Shown: positions 47,137 to 57,351, counted from the stretch's first letter. The stretch: DNA of 64,000 nucleotides from Candidatus Omnitrophota bacterium (GCA_035292445.1 DATDQB010000001.1:7530-71529); one strand, 5' to 3'. Numbers and translations are program-made. The notes: generated by a model not told the origin, from the sequence alone.

Positions 47137-48092
47137 ATCATTTCCTTTACTTTACCCAGCACGAGCCGGCGTGCCGTTTTTATATTACGATCAATCGTGC
47201 ACCCGCTGGCGTTATGATGCCCGCCGCCTTTAAAGAAATGGGCCAGTGTGGCCACGTTGACCTTTCCGGAAGAACGAAAATTAACGCGTGTCTGATTTTG
47301 TTTAACTTGCGACAATATCACAACGACCTCAACGCCCTTGATAGAACGTAAAAATTTGAAAATAGTATCCCGCAGATCAAAGCCTTCTGAGAATGCAGAG
47401 AGAATATCCTTATGCAACTCGATGCACAGCACCTTGCCTCGCAAGAGGGTGTCAAAACGGTTCACCACCTCGACAAAATGCTCCATATCCGATAAAGGGA
47501 TCATCTCGTAAAATCTCTGATAAAGTTTGGCAGCGGAAAATTTAAACCGCCGTAATCGGGAGGCGATTTCATGCGTTCGGGCGCTTGTGTTATCGTATCG
47601 AAATGACCCTGTGTCCGTCATGATTCCCGAATAAAGATGAAGAGCTACCGTAGCGTTCAAAGTAAACTTGGCTTCCCTCAGAAGGTCAAACAAGATTTCG
47701 CATGTAGAAGACGCTTTCGGCGCGACCAGATTGACATGGCCGAAGCGGTCATTGGTTAAGTGATGATCGATATTGACGATGATTGTGGATTTTTGAACGG
47801 CCTGCCGGACCCGGCCTATCCGGTCCAATTCGCCGCAATCGACGATCAAAGCCACCTGTGCGCTGGCTTGACCCCTTTCGCTGCAAACCTTTATCTGCTT
47901 TGCCCCGGGAAGAAAAAGAAACCGCTCAGGCACCTTTTCATTATTGACGATATGCGCCTTCTTGCCGATCGATTTAAGATAGAAATATAGCGCTAGCTCC
48001 GAACATAACGCGTCCGGGTCGGGGTTGACATGCGTGCTGATCAGGAAAGTCTTGTGTTTCCTGATGACCGCCAATGTTTTCTTAAGGTTCAT
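47133..48092 (-). CDS. nrnA: DHH family oligoribonuclease/PAP phosphatase
   Basis: HVNPDPDA, NIDHH, TDTGSF, GGGHHNASG. Confidence 0.9.
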   Translation of the reverse strand: MNLKKTLAVIRKHKTFLISTHVNPDPDALCSELALYFYLKSIGKKAHIVNNEKVPERFLFLPGAKQIKVCSERGQASAQVALIVDCGELDRIGRVRQAVQKSTIIVNIDHHLTNDRFGHVNLVAPKASSTCEILFDLLREAKFTLNATVALHLYSGIMTDTGSFRYDNTSARTHEIASRLRRFKFSAAKLYQRFYEMIPLSDMEHFVEVVNRFDTLLRGKVLCIELHKDILSAFSEGFDLRDTIFKFLRSIKGVEVVVILSQVKQNQTRVNFRSSGKVNVATLAHFFKGGGHHNASGCTIDRNIKTARRLVLGKVKEMI

Positions 48093-48423
48093 CCTGTAAC
48101 TCCTGAATGGTCTTTTCTATTTGAGCGCCATGAGCAATACTTTCGTCATAGATAAAGATCAACTCCGGCGTGAATCTCATTTCCAACCGGGCCGCCAATT
48201 GCTTGCGAATGATCCCGCGGGCTTTATCAAGGCCTTGCTGGGCCAATTGAACTTTAGCCTCATCGCCAAGAACGCTGTAATAGACCCTCGCCGTTTTTAA
48301 ATCTTTGCTGACAACGGCATGGGTGATGGAAACAAACATCAATCGGGGATCGGATAACTCTCGGTGGACAATTTCCCCAATATGGCGCTTGGTTTGTTCA
48401 TTAACCCTCTCCATCCGTCCCAT
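48082..48423 (-). CDS. rbfA: Ribosome-binding factor A
   Basis: RMERVNE, DPRL, SKDLKTARVY, RFTPELIFIYDES. Confidence 0.95.
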   Translation of the reverse strand: MGRMERVNEQTKRHIGEIVHRELSDPRLMFVSITHAVVSKDLKTARVYYSVLGDEAKVQLAQQGLDKARGIIRKQLAARLEMRFTPELIFIYDESIAHGAQIEKTIQELQDEP

Positions 48424-48440
48424 GGGCTCAATCCTTTCTT

Positions 48441-49706
48441 TTATCTTAAAACAAATTCCTTCGCTGCCTTTAATTCCTGAGACTTGGTTCGCAGGTTACT
48501 GTCCATCTTACGGTACAAAACTTCTTTAAGAACAAACCCGATTCTTTGGCCCGATGGGACGCCAAGGCGCTTAAGATCATGCCCGCTGATCCGAAGCGAC
48601 ATCCGGCAAAGATCCTTTAAATAACGCTCAATCCGCTGATGAACCCTGTCATGCGAAGCGCAGGCATGAACATATAATATCGTATCCGATGGATATTTCT
48701 TCAAAATTTTGTAAATTTGGCTATTCGTCAGTATTTTTTTGGAAAGTGTTTTTTTGATTCTTGCCGCCTCCTGCGAGACCAAAATAGCCTTTTCATATTC
48801 TTTCTTGATCTGTATTTCTTTTAATAAACGCTTTAACGATCCTGTCTGTACATCCTCTAAGACCGCCATTAAATACAATAGCCACCAGCGCTCATAATTC
48901 CTGTAAAAAGAATACGTCTTTAATTGTTTCATACGATTATAAAGGACCTTTAACCGCTCCCAACGAGGACGGATTGTTACCCCCGCGATCTGTACCGCGT
49001 TGAGCCTTAAAAGGCGCTGAAGCGGTGCGCAAGGGTCATCTTCCATCAATATTTTCTTGAACTCCACAAAATAACGGGGCGCGGTAACGGTCAAATAGGC
49101 TCTTTTGTTCAACGCCTCTTGAAGCAACTTTTTTGTTTTAGCTTCGAGCCTGAACGCTAAGCGCTCCTCGAACCGCACCGCCCGCAAGATCCTCGTTGGG
49201 TCATCGATAAAACTTTTATCGTGGAAAACCCGGATCCTTCCCTTTGACAGATCCTCCAACCCGCCGCAGACATCGATCAGCGCACCAAAAGAATCGGGAT
49301 GGATCGAAAGCGCCAGGGCATTAACGGTAAAATCCCGTCGCAACAGATCGTCTTTTAAGCTGCCCGCCCTCACGGTGGGAAGCGCACCCGGGCGCGCATA
49401 AGTTTCCCAACGTGCGCCGGCAAAATCGATACGCCGCCCTTTTTTATCATAAAGGGTCGCCGTCTTATAGACCTGATGGATGACGGGCCTGGCCTTCAAA
49501 AGTTTTGCCATGCGCGCAACCAGCGCAAAATTATCGCCTTCCACCGCAATGTCCAGATCCAGATTGGGCCGCTTCAATATCAGATCGCGGACAATGCCTC
49601 CCACCAAATACGCTTTCAGGCCAAGCTTTTGGGCTTGCCGGCCGATAACGCGCACGATACGGTAACGCTCTTGGTCCAGCGATGTCAAAAAATTTCTTTT
49701 AACCAC
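48441..49706 (-). CDS. Class II tRNA nucleotidyltransferase (CCA- or A-adding)
   Basis: YLVGGIVRD, DLDI, DLLRRDFTVNA, SFIDDPTRILRAVRF. Confidence 0.9.
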   Translation of the reverse strand: MVKRNFLTSLDQERYRIVRVIGRQAQKLGLKAYLVGGIVRDLILKRPNLDLDIAVEGDNFALVARMAKLLKARPVIHQVYKTATLYDKKGRRIDFAGARWETYARPGALPTVRAGSLKDDLLRRDFTVNALALSIHPDSFGALIDVCGGLEDLSKGRIRVFHDKSFIDDPTRILRAVRFEERLAFRLEAKTKKLLQEALNKRAYLTVTAPRYFVEFKKILMEDDPCAPLQRLLRLNAVQIAGVTIRPRWERLKVLYNRMKQLKTYSFYRNYERWWLLYLMAVLEDVQTGSLKRLLKEIQIKKEYEKAILVSQEAARIKKTLSKKILTNSQIYKILKKYPSDTILYVHACASHDRVHQRIERYLKDLCRMSLRISGHDLKRLGVPSGQRIGFVLKEVLYRKMDSNLRTKSQELKAAKEFVLR

Positions 49707-50586
49707 GGGGATGGAACTCCTTGTGGATGGATTTCAAGCGCTCTTTATCGACGTGAGTGTAAATTTGAGTCGTTGAAATATCGGCATGTCCCAGCATTTC
49801 CTGGACGGAGCGCAGATCCGCGCCGTGTTCCAATAAATGGGTGGCGAAGGAATGCCGCAGCGTGTGCGGCTTGATCACTTTTTTGATGTTGGCCTTACGG
49901 GCGTATTGCTTGATGATCTTCCAGATGCTTTGGCGGCTGATCTTTTTGCCCAAACGGCTTAAAAAAAGCGTCATATTCATCTCATCTTTTACCTGCTTTT
50001 TCCTTATATCGCGGCAATAGCGCTCAACCGCTTCCCTAGCTCTCTTGCCAATAGGGATAATCCGCTCTTTTCTTCCTTTACCGATGCAACGCACATATCC
50101 CAATTCCAGATTGACGCTGTCCAGCTTTAGATTGACCAGCTCCGACACGCGCATGCCGCTGGCGTAAAAAAGCTCAAGGATCGCTTTATCGCGGATCGCC
50201 TGCCACCTTCTGCCTTTGGTGGCATCGATGATCGCTTCAATCTCTTGCGTCGTCAACACATCGGGGACTTTTTTCCAGAGTTTTGGCGTATCGACCAGGC
50301 TGGTCGGGTCTTCCTTGGCAAGGCGTTCGCGCACCAAGAACTTATGGAATGTTTTAAGGGCCGCCAGCGCCCGGCAGATGGAATTGGTGGATAAATCCTG
50401 CCTTTTTTGGTCATACATAAAATTGGAGATATGGTTGCGGCTGATATAACTCAAGTCTTTAACACCCTGATGGTCCAGATAGGAAATGTATTTATTTAAA
50501 TCCCGCCGGTAGGCCAGAAGCGTATTTTGCGACAGGCCCCTCTCGACCGCTAAATAATCGATGAACTCTTCAATATAATGCTTCAT
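49699..50586 (-). CDS. xerD: Tyrosine recombinase XerD
   Basis: ERGLSQNTLLAYRRDL, ASGMRVSEL, GKGRKER, HTLRHSFATHLL, LGHADISTTQIY. Confidence 0.92.
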   Translation of the reverse strand: MKHYIEEFIDYLAVERGLSQNTLLAYRRDLNKYISYLDHQGVKDLSYISRNHISNFMYDQKRQDLSTNSICRALAALKTFHKFLVRERLAKEDPTSLVDTPKLWKKVPDVLTTQEIEAIIDATKGRRWQAIRDKAILELFYASGMRVSELVNLKLDSVNLELGYVRCIGKGRKERIIPIGKRAREAVERYCRDIRKKQVKDEMNMTLFLSRLGKKISRQSIWKIIKQYARKANIKKVIKPHTLRHSFATHLLEHGADLRSVQEMLGHADISTTQIYTHVDKERLKSIHKEFHPRG

Positions 50587-51092
50587 TCTTTTTCTTCCCC
50601 GAAAATCAATGCCGAATTCAGCTCATTACGCCCAAGGCTTTCCATCCGTCTCAAACGGCTCTCCATCAGCTGTTGATTGCGCATCACTTCCGGCTTATCC
50701 AGTTCTTTCGAAACGACTTCCCCATCGGCCAGCATTTGGTCCACTTTGGCGGCATATTCCTGCGGTATCCAACGCTTCATATCCTGCAACTGTTGAATGA
50801 TCTGAGAGAGGATGTATTTCTTGCGCTTATCCATGGCGTTTTCCGACAAATGTTGCCGCAGATCCTTGTTCCACACCTGCCACATGGAATAATGGTACTC
50901 ATACTTCTCCCGAGCGGAAATAAGAGACGGCGGATAATCAATAGGGTCCAAGACGGGAATGAATTCCTCCTTCTTCAGTTCTTTTTTCTTTCGGGTAAAT
51001 TTCTTTCTCAATGGTTCGCAGCCGCAAAAAACCAAAGAAACAACCAAGAGGCAGCTGATAGGTACCAACAATCTTTGATGACGCTTATGCAT
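50583..51092 (-). CDS. Hypothetical lipoprotein
   Basis: Lipobox-like VFCG/CEP after a hydrophobic stretch. Confidence 0.7.
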   Translation of the reverse strand: MHKRHQRLLVPISCLLVVSLVFCGCEPLRKKFTRKKKELKKEEFIPVLDPIDYPPSLISAREKYEYHYSMWQVWNKDLRQHLSENAMDKRKKYILSQIIQQLQDMKRWIPQEYAAKVDQMLADGEVVSKELDKPEVMRNQQLMESRLRRMESLGRNELNSALIFGEEKE

Positions 51093-53100
51093 GGATGAGC
51101 TCCTTGAACTCGTTTTCGTTTAATATGGTTACGCCTAAACTTTTGGCCTTTTCATACTTTGACCCCGGCGCATTTCCCGCCACCACATAATCGGTGTTTT
51201 TACTGACGCTTGAGATGACGTCGCCTCCTAAAGAACGGACCAGCTCAACGGCTTCCTGCCGGGACAATGACGCCAGCTCGCCGGTAAAGACAAATTTTTT
51301 ATTCTCCAACTTGTTCGACCTTACTTTACTTACCGGCTCACGGAAATTAACCCCTGCCTTCCTGAATTTCTCGATCAGCCTTTTCGTTGATTCCAAATGA
51401 AATGTATTCTCAACAGATTCAGCAATGGCCTCGCCCACTTCAGAAGTTTCCTGCAATTGTGCGACTTTAGCATTCATTAATTTTTCCAATGTTTGGTACT
51501 TTCTCGCAAGGACAGAGGCCACCTTTTCCCCCACATGCATGATCCCGAAACCGAAAATGAACCGTGACAGCGGCTGTTTCTTGCTGTTTTCGATTGATCG
51601 GATCAAATTGTCCGTTTTTTTATCGGCGAAAAGTTCCAATTTTAACAAATCCTCTTTCTTTAAAAAATAAATATCCGCCAGATCCTTGGCCAACTTATGC
51701 TCTAACAGTTGTTGGACAACGCTTTCCCCGAGCCCTTCGATATCCATGGCCGAGCGCGAGGCGAAATGCAGCAACCGCCTTTCCAATTGTTTGCGACAAG
51801 AAGGATTGTCGCATCGATAAGCCACTTCCCCTTCCTTTTCTTTGATAACCGGCCCGCCGCATTCAGGGCATTTTTTGGGAACGCTGAAGGATTTGGCTTG
51901 TTTCTTGCCGGATTCGACCACCTTAATGATCTTCGGGATCACATCGCCGGCGCGCTCAATAAGCACCCGGTCGCCGACCTTGACATTCAAACGCTTGATC
52001 TCATCAAAATTATGCAGCGTCGCTCTCGAAATCGTCACCCCGCCGCAAAAAACAGGCTTTAAGTTGGCCACCGGCGTCAAAACGCCCGTACGCCCGACCT
52101 GCACATCAATACTGTCAACAACCGTTGTCGCCTGGTACGCGGGAAACTTATACGCAACCGCCCAGCGAGGGCTTTTCGAGGTCTCTCCCAACGTCTGCTG
52201 CGCGGTAAGATCATTGACCTTCACCACAACGCCGTCAACTTCATAAGGCAATGATTCCCGTTTCTGCTGGGCTTTTTGACAATAATCCACCACTTCTTCG
52301 AACGAACCGCAGACTCGGCTTTCTTTGTTCACCGGCAATCCCCACTTCCGGCACTGGCTCAAAAATTCATCCTGCGTCTTCAAATGCCGCCCGCCCTCCA
52401 TGACACCGAAAGAATGGATGAAACATTTAAGATTGCGTTTGGCGGTAATGCGCGAATCCAGTAATTTTAAAGAACCGCTGGTCGCATTACGCGGATTAAC
52501 GAACAAGACCTCCCCCTCTTTTTTTCGTTGGCGGTTTAATTCTTCGAATTCACGGCGGTCCATAAAAATCTCGCCGCGGACATCCAGCACGTCCGGCATG
52601 CCTTTGACAGTATCCGCCTTTAATTTCAAAGGAATGGAACGAATGGTTCTGAGGCTATGCGTGATGACTTCTCCCGTTATCCCATCCCCCCGGGTCGCTC
52701 CCAGCACAAATTGCCCTTTCTCATACGTCAATGAGGCGCTCACGCCGTCGATCTTAAACTCGACCGTATAATCAACGCTGTCACGCTCCAACCCTTTTAA
52801 GACCCGTTCATGCCATTTCTTCAGCTCATCGATGTTGTATGTATTATCCAGGGAATACATCTTGGCCTTGTGCGGTACGGTTTTATCCGCCGAGGCTATC
52901 TTGGTGCCGACGCGTTGGCTGGGAGAATTGGGATCGATGTATTCCGGAAATTTTTCCTCCAGCTTGATGAGTTCTTTCAAAAGCTCATCGTATTCTTTAT
53001 CGGAAACGGTCGGTTGAGAAAGAACATAATAATTGTAATTATGTTTTTCGATCTCTTGCGATAAACGCGCGATTTCTTTCTTAGCTTGTTGTTTGTCCAT
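51085..53100 (-). CDS. ligA: NAD-dependent DNA ligase
   Basis: KIDG, TRGDG, NPRNA, QVGRTG, Zn finger, BRCT. Confidence 0.97.
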   Translation of the reverse strand: MDKQQAKKEIARLSQEIEKHNYNYYVLSQPTVSDKEYDELLKELIKLEEKFPEYIDPNSPSQRVGTKIASADKTVPHKAKMYSLDNTYNIDELKKWHERVLKGLERDSVDYTVEFKIDGVSASLTYEKGQFVLGATRGDGITGEVITHSLRTIRSIPLKLKADTVKGMPDVLDVRGEIFMDRREFEELNRQRKKEGEVLFVNPRNATSGSLKLLDSRITAKRNLKCFIHSFGVMEGGRHLKTQDEFLSQCRKWGLPVNKESRVCGSFEEVVDYCQKAQQKRESLPYEVDGVVVKVNDLTAQQTLGETSKSPRWAVAYKFPAYQATTVVDSIDVQVGRTGVLTPVANLKPVFCGGVTISRATLHNFDEIKRLNVKVGDRVLIERAGDVIPKIIKVVESGKKQAKSFSVPKKCPECGGPVIKEKEGEVAYRCDNPSCRKQLERRLLHFASRSAMDIEGLGESVVQQLLEHKLAKDLADIYFLKKEDLLKLELFADKKTDNLIRSIENSKKQPLSRFIFGFGIMHVGEKVASVLARKYQTLEKLMNAKVAQLQETSEVGEAIAESVENTFHLESTKRLIEKFRKAGVNFREPVSKVRSNKLENKKFVFTGELASLSRQEAVELVRSLGGDVISSVSKNTDYVVAGNAPGSKYEKAKSLGVTILNENEFKELIHA

Positions 53101-53105
53101 GGCTT

Positions 53106-53831
53106 TTACTGCCCTATCGACAGACGATGCGCCAAAAGCTCCGGCAATCCGGCTTCCATGATCCTGTTTTGGGCTGAGGTTATGTCATAAGCTACACGCT
53201 TGATCTCAACAGTTTTTAAATCAGGGTCATAAATGCAATAAGTAGCCTGGGGATTTCCGTCCCTCGGCTGGCCCACGCTTCCGACATTAATGAGATATTT
53301 ATTCCTGGGGTCGACCTCGATCTTAAGGCTGTTGGCGTAATTCGTTTTACCGCCTCTGTGGACCATGATCCCGGGAACGTGCGTGTGGCCGATAAAACAA
53401 AGATTCTTGTCCATCAAATAAAACGTATCCATCGCTAAATTAATGTCAGTGACATAAATAAATCGTTCGGGAGCATTCAAAGAACCGTGTACCATGATAA
53501 AATCGCTGTGATGGTGAACCAGCGGGAGCGCGCCCAAAAACTTAATTTCATTATCCGAGAGGTTTTTTTTCGTCCAACTAACGGCTTCCTGCGCCATGGG
53601 ATTAAAGTCGCGCGTATCCTCTTTGCCCGCAACGGCCCAATCATGGTTACCGGCGACCACCTTGGCCTTGATCCTTTTCATTTCCTCGATGCATTCACGC
53701 GGATTAGCCCCGTAACCGACAATATCCCCCGCGCAAAAATAGTGACGCACCCCCTCTTCCCGGCACGCTTTTAAAACAGCGCTCAAGGCCTCTAAGTTGC
53801 CGTGGATATCGGAAAAAATGCCATACCGCAT
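53106..53831 (-). CDS. Calcineurin-like metallophosphoesterase
   Basis: SDIHGN, GDIVGYG, GNHD, GHTH, NVGSVGQPRDG. Confidence 0.92.
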   Translation of the reverse strand: MRYGIFSDIHGNLEALSAVLKACREEGVRHYFCAGDIVGYGANPRECIEEMKRIKAKVVAGNHDWAVAGKEDTRDFNPMAQEAVSWTKKNLSDNEIKFLGALPLVHHHSDFIMVHGSLNAPERFIYVTDINLAMDTFYLMDKNLCFIGHTHVPGIMVHRGGKTNYANSLKIEVDPRNKYLINVGSVGQPRDGNPQATYCIYDPDLKTVEIKRVAYDITSAQNRIMEAGLPELLAHRLSIGQ

Positions 53832-53839
53832 GAAATCCC

Positions 53840-54109
53840 TTAATAAACGATCTGAAAATCTTTGAATTGCCCTTTGGCCTTATCCCATTCGATTCTTTTA
53901 TCGCGGATGTAACCTTCGAAATGTTCCTCCAGCATCCGGCAGAATTTATTGATGGATTCTTCCTCGCCTTCAGCGAGCAGCTCAACACGCCCATCAGGAA
54001 GGTTCTTGGCCCAGCCGGTCAGATTAAATTCTGCCGCAAAGGATCGGGTGGTGAACCGAAAGCCGATTCCCTGCACCATTCCGGAATAAAATATATGGGC
54101 CTGCTTCAT
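53840..54109 (-). CDS. acyP: Acylphosphatase
   Basis: GMVQGIGFR, GWAKNLPDGRVE. Confidence 0.92.
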   Translation of the reverse strand: MKQAHIFYSGMVQGIGFRFTTRSFAAEFNLTGWAKNLPDGRVELLAEGEEESINKFCRMLEEHFEGYIRDKRIEWDKAKGQFKDFQIVY

Positions 54110-54132
54110 GAAGCTTACCACAAAATAAAAAA

Positions 54133-54206
54133 TCGGGGCGGACGGTTTCGAACCGTCGACCTCAACGTCCCGAACGTTGCGCGCTAGCCAGCTGCGCTAC
54201 GCCCCG
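54133..54206 (-). tRNA. tRNA-Pro(CGG), CCA not encoded
   Basis: CGGGGCG TA GCGC AGCTGGCTA GCGC G CAACG TT-CGG-GA CGTTG AGGTC GACGG TTCGAAA CCGTC CGCCCCG A. Confidence 0.95.
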
Positions 54207-54247
54207 ATAATTTGAATTTATGTAGTTAACAATAAATTCGAAAGATT

Positions 54248-54276
54248 AGTTTAGCATCAATGAAAAGTTTCGTCAA
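54248..54276 (-). promoter_or_regulatory. Sigma70 promoter of the tRNA-Pro operon
   Basis: TTGACG-N17-TAAACT with TG extension. Confidence 0.65.
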
Positions 54277-54333
54277 CGAATTGGTTGTGCGGTCATAAGT
54301 GGCTGGAGTGTTTGCGGTTAGAACGGTTTATCC

Positions 54334-54768
54334 TTAGATTTCTTTAATGCCGAAGCCAATTTCGGCCTCAGTTACCAGCTTATCCTTGACAAAAGCCTTG
54401 GCCGCAAGAAAACCTGCTTTTTTCATGAACTTGATGGTCTTGATTTCGATACGAAGCTGGTCTCCGGGCACAACCGGATGAATGAACTTGACTTCTGTTT
54501 TGGCCAGATAATACGTGAGCTGTTTGCCTTGCATATTCATGCTGTAATAATAGTAGATGCACCCGGCCTGGGCCATGGCTTCAACGATAAGCACCCCCGG
54601 CATGATCTTCTCATCGGGAAAATGCCCGACGAAATAATGCTCGTTAATGGAAACGTTCTTAATGGCAACCAACTTTTCATTGGGCGTGCACTCGATGACC
54701 TTATCGATCATTAAAAACGGAAAGCGGTGAGGGATGATTTTCTGAATTTCGCGAATATCGAGTTCCAT
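54334..54768 (-). CDS. fabZ: 3-hydroxyacyl-ACP dehydratase
   Basis: IPHRFPFLMID, FVGHFP, MPGVLIVEAMAQ, PVVPGD. Confidence 0.93.
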   Translation of the reverse strand: MELDIREIQKIIPHRFPFLMIDKVIECTPNEKLVAIKNVSINEHYFVGHFPDEKIMPGVLIVEAMAQAGCIYYYYSMNMQGKQLTYYLAKTEVKFIHPVVPGDQLRIEIKTIKFMKKAGFLAAKAFVKDKLVTEAEIGFGIKEI

Positions 54769-54780
54769 GTACGTTTTCCT

Positions 54781-55530
54781 TTATCTTAGGGCCAGACCGC
54801 CGTCAACTTGCAATATTTGTCCGGTTATATACTCAGCCTTTTTGCTTAACAAAAACGCCACGCAATTGGCCACATCTTCGGGGCTGCCAACGCGTTCCAT
54901 CGGAATAAATCGCAATATCTCTTTCCTCTGCTCCTCTTTTAAATGAGCCAATATTTCCGTATCAATGAAGCCGGGCGCGACCGCATTCACCCGGATACCG
55001 AATCCGGCCACTTCTTTGGCCAACGCTTTCGTGAAGGCGTTCATGCCGCCTTTGCTGGCCGAATAATTCGTCTGACCGGCTAAACCTATAATACCACTGA
55101 CCGAAGATATGTTGACAATATTTCCGCTTTTTTGTTTCATAAACGTTACAATGCAGGACTTGCTCGCATGAAACATCCCGTTTAAATTCGTTTCAATGAC
55201 CCTTTTCCAATCCTCTTCGCTCATCATCATGAGCGGCTTATCAATAACAATGCCGGCGTTATTGATCAAAATATCCAAATGACCCAACTCCTCTTTTGTT
55301 TTCTGCACCCATGCCTCGACTTCTTCAAAACTCCCCACATCAACGCAGCTGGCTTTGGCCTTAACTCCCATGCGATGCAACTGTTTCTCTACTTCCAAGG
55401 CGGCCTCTTTATGCGCAACGTAACTAAAGGCAACATGGCAGCCAAACGCTCCTAATTTTAAGGCGATCGCCCGGCCGATACCTCGGGAGCCACCGGTGAT
55501 GAGTGCGACTTTATCTTTTAGCTCATTCAT
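54781..55530 (-). CDS. fabG: 3-oxoacyl-ACP reductase
   Basis: TGGSRGIG, NNAG, NYSASKGG, VNAVAPGFI. Confidence 0.9.
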   Translation of the reverse strand: MNELKDKVALITGGSRGIGRAIALKLGAFGCHVAFSYVAHKEAALEVEKQLHRMGVKAKASCVDVGSFEEVEAWVQKTKEELGHLDILINNAGIVIDKPLMMMSEEDWKRVIETNLNGMFHASKSCIVTFMKQKSGNIVNISSVSGIIGLAGQTNYSASKGGMNAFTKALAKEVAGFGIRVNAVAPGFIDTEILAHLKEEQRKEILRFIPMERVGSPEDVANCVAFLLSKKAEYITGQILQVDGGLALR

Positions 55531-56771
55531 GACTTGTACCTTTCTAAAATAACGCAACTGTTGCTGCCGTTAGGGTCGATGCTGTTAATAAGGACATGGT
55601 TCAGCTCGGCTTTGCGCGCTTTATTGGGGACATAATCCAGATCGCAGTCAGGATCTTTTTCCTGATAATTGACCGTCGGTGGGATAAACCCTCCCTGGAT
55701 CGCCCCCAACGCCGCCGATACGGCCATGGCCCCTCCAGCGCTGTATGATTCCCCCACCATGGATTTAACGGCCGTGACGGGAATTTTATACGCGTAGGCA
55801 CCGAACGCTTCTTTGATCGCCTTTGTTTCGGATCTGTCCGCGATCCCCGTCGAGTTGGCATTGGCGAAAATGCAATCGATATCTTCTGGTTTCAAACCGC
55901 CGTTTTGCAACGCATGAAGCATCGCCATCTTAATGCCTATGCCGCTAGGATTATATTTGTTGATCCGGTACGGATCAAAATAATAACCGAAACTTCTTAC
56001 CTCCGCCATAATGTTGGCGCCCCGTTTTTGCGCATGCTCCAGCTCTTCCATGGCCATTAAAACCGCCCCTTCGCTAAAAGTGATCCCATTTCTTCTTTTA
56101 TCAAATGGGCAATTCAGAAACGGCTCCCCCTCTCTTGAGCCGGAGAGGAATTTCAGCAAATGAAAGCCGTAAAATGTCTGGAAACACATCTCCTCAACGG
56201 AACCGGTAAATACGATCTTCACCCGATCGAGCCGTAGAAAATCATAGGCATAACTCATGGCATCGATGCTGGAGGTGAAACCGGTCGCGATCGTTGTATT
56301 GAATCCTTGGATGTTATTCCAGATCGATACTTGAGAAGCCGGCGAATTAATGACCGTATTGGGAAAATGGGCCGGATTCGCGGCCCGCGGCCCTTCTTTG
56401 ATCGTCACCGTATCAAAATCGCTGATACTTTTTAAGCTACCAAACGTTGTCCCGACCGAAACGCCGACATCGTCCGTGTTCTCATCCGTGATCTCAAATC
56501 CCGTATCGGCTACGGCCAATTTAGAAGCGGAAACCAGTAATTTGGTCGCTCGATCCAGCGTCCGCAACCCCTTGGTCCCCATGTAAACCGTCGGATCAAA
56601 ATCACTGACCTCACCGGCGATATTGACCTTGAACTTATCGGTTTCAAAAAGCGTCACCGGCTTATAGCCGACCCGGCCTTCTTTGATGGCCTGCCAGTAT
56701 TCTTCTTTGCCTTTTCCGTTGGGGGCAAGGATTCCCAAACCTGTAAGTACAAAACGCTTTTTCTTATCCAT
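55527..56771 (-). CDS. FabF-like ketosynthase lacking the catalytic triad (chain-length-factor-like)
   Basis: KAS fold motifs (VLTGLG, PFD..RNG, EGA, IPPTVN), but TACAS is replaced by TGFTS, HGT by NAN, and GH by GE. Confidence 0.85.
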   Translation of the reverse strand: MDKKKRFVLTGLGILAPNGKGKEEYWQAIKEGRVGYKPVTLFETDKFKVNIAGEVSDFDPTVYMGTKGLRTLDRATKLLVSASKLAVADTGFEITDENTDDVGVSVGTTFGSLKSISDFDTVTIKEGPRAANPAHFPNTVINSPASQVSIWNNIQGFNTTIATGFTSSIDAMSYAYDFLRLDRVKIVFTGSVEEMCFQTFYGFHLLKFLSGSREGEPFLNCPFDKRRNGITFSEGAVLMAMEELEHAQKRGANIMAEVRSFGYYFDPYRINKYNPSGIGIKMAMLHALQNGGLKPEDIDCIFANANSTGIADRSETKAIKEAFGAYAYKIPVTAVKSMVGESYSAGGAMAVSAALGAIQGGFIPPTVNYQEKDPDCDLDYVPNKARKAELNHVLINSIDPNGSNSCVILERYKS

Positions 56772-57351
56772 GGCATTTATTCAAGACATATTTGGCCAAT
56801 ATGTCTGTTTCAACGTTGACCAAGCCGCCTTCTTTTTTAAATCCCAACGTTGTGATGTCTTTGGTGTACGGGATTAAGTAAAACGAAAAATAATGCTTCC
56901 CCACCGTGCCCACCGTCAGGCTCACTCCATCGACGCAAATCGAGCCTTTGGGGACGATAAAACCGATCAGAGAACGGTTCACGCCGATATGCATTTGAAC
57001 ATAATTCTTACCCTTGATGATCTTTTCGATCTTTCCCACGCCATCGATATGTCCCGTCACAAAATGGCCGCTGATGCGGTCGCTTAACCTTAACGCCCGC
57101 TCCAGATTGACCTTGTCTTTGGGTTTAAGACGCCCCAGCGTGGTTTTATCCAGCGTTTCCTTCATACAATCGAAACACAACACTCCCGCTTTGATCGTTG
57201 TCACGGTGAGGCAAACGCCGCTGACACTGATGCTGTCTCCTTGGCGGATCCCCCGCGCCGCTTTTGAGGCGCGGACGAAAAGCCTCGCGAGATTCGTCAG
57301 CCGCTCGATCCTTTCAATGGTCCCTAATTCTTCAACTATTCCTGAGAACAT
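56764..57351 (-). CDS. ribE: Riboflavin synthase (alpha chain)
   Basis: MFSGIVEE, GDSISVSGVCLT, VNLERA, GHFVTGHID, VNVETD. Confidence 0.95.
   Translation of the reverse strand: MFSGIVEELGTIERIERLTNLARLFVRASKAARGIRQGDSISVSGVCLTVTTIKAGVLCFDCMKETLDKTTLGRLKPKDKVNLERALRLSDRISGHFVTGHIDGVGKIEKIIKGKNYVQMHIGVNRSLIGFIVPKGSICVDGVSLTVGTVGKHYFSFYLIPYTKDITTLGFKKEGGLVNVETDILAKYVLNKCHG

Noticed and set aside
49699-50586. Phage or ICE integrase marking an island near tRNA-Pro
   Set aside because: The sequence is typical chromosomal XerD embedded among housekeeping genes, with no att duplication or cargo
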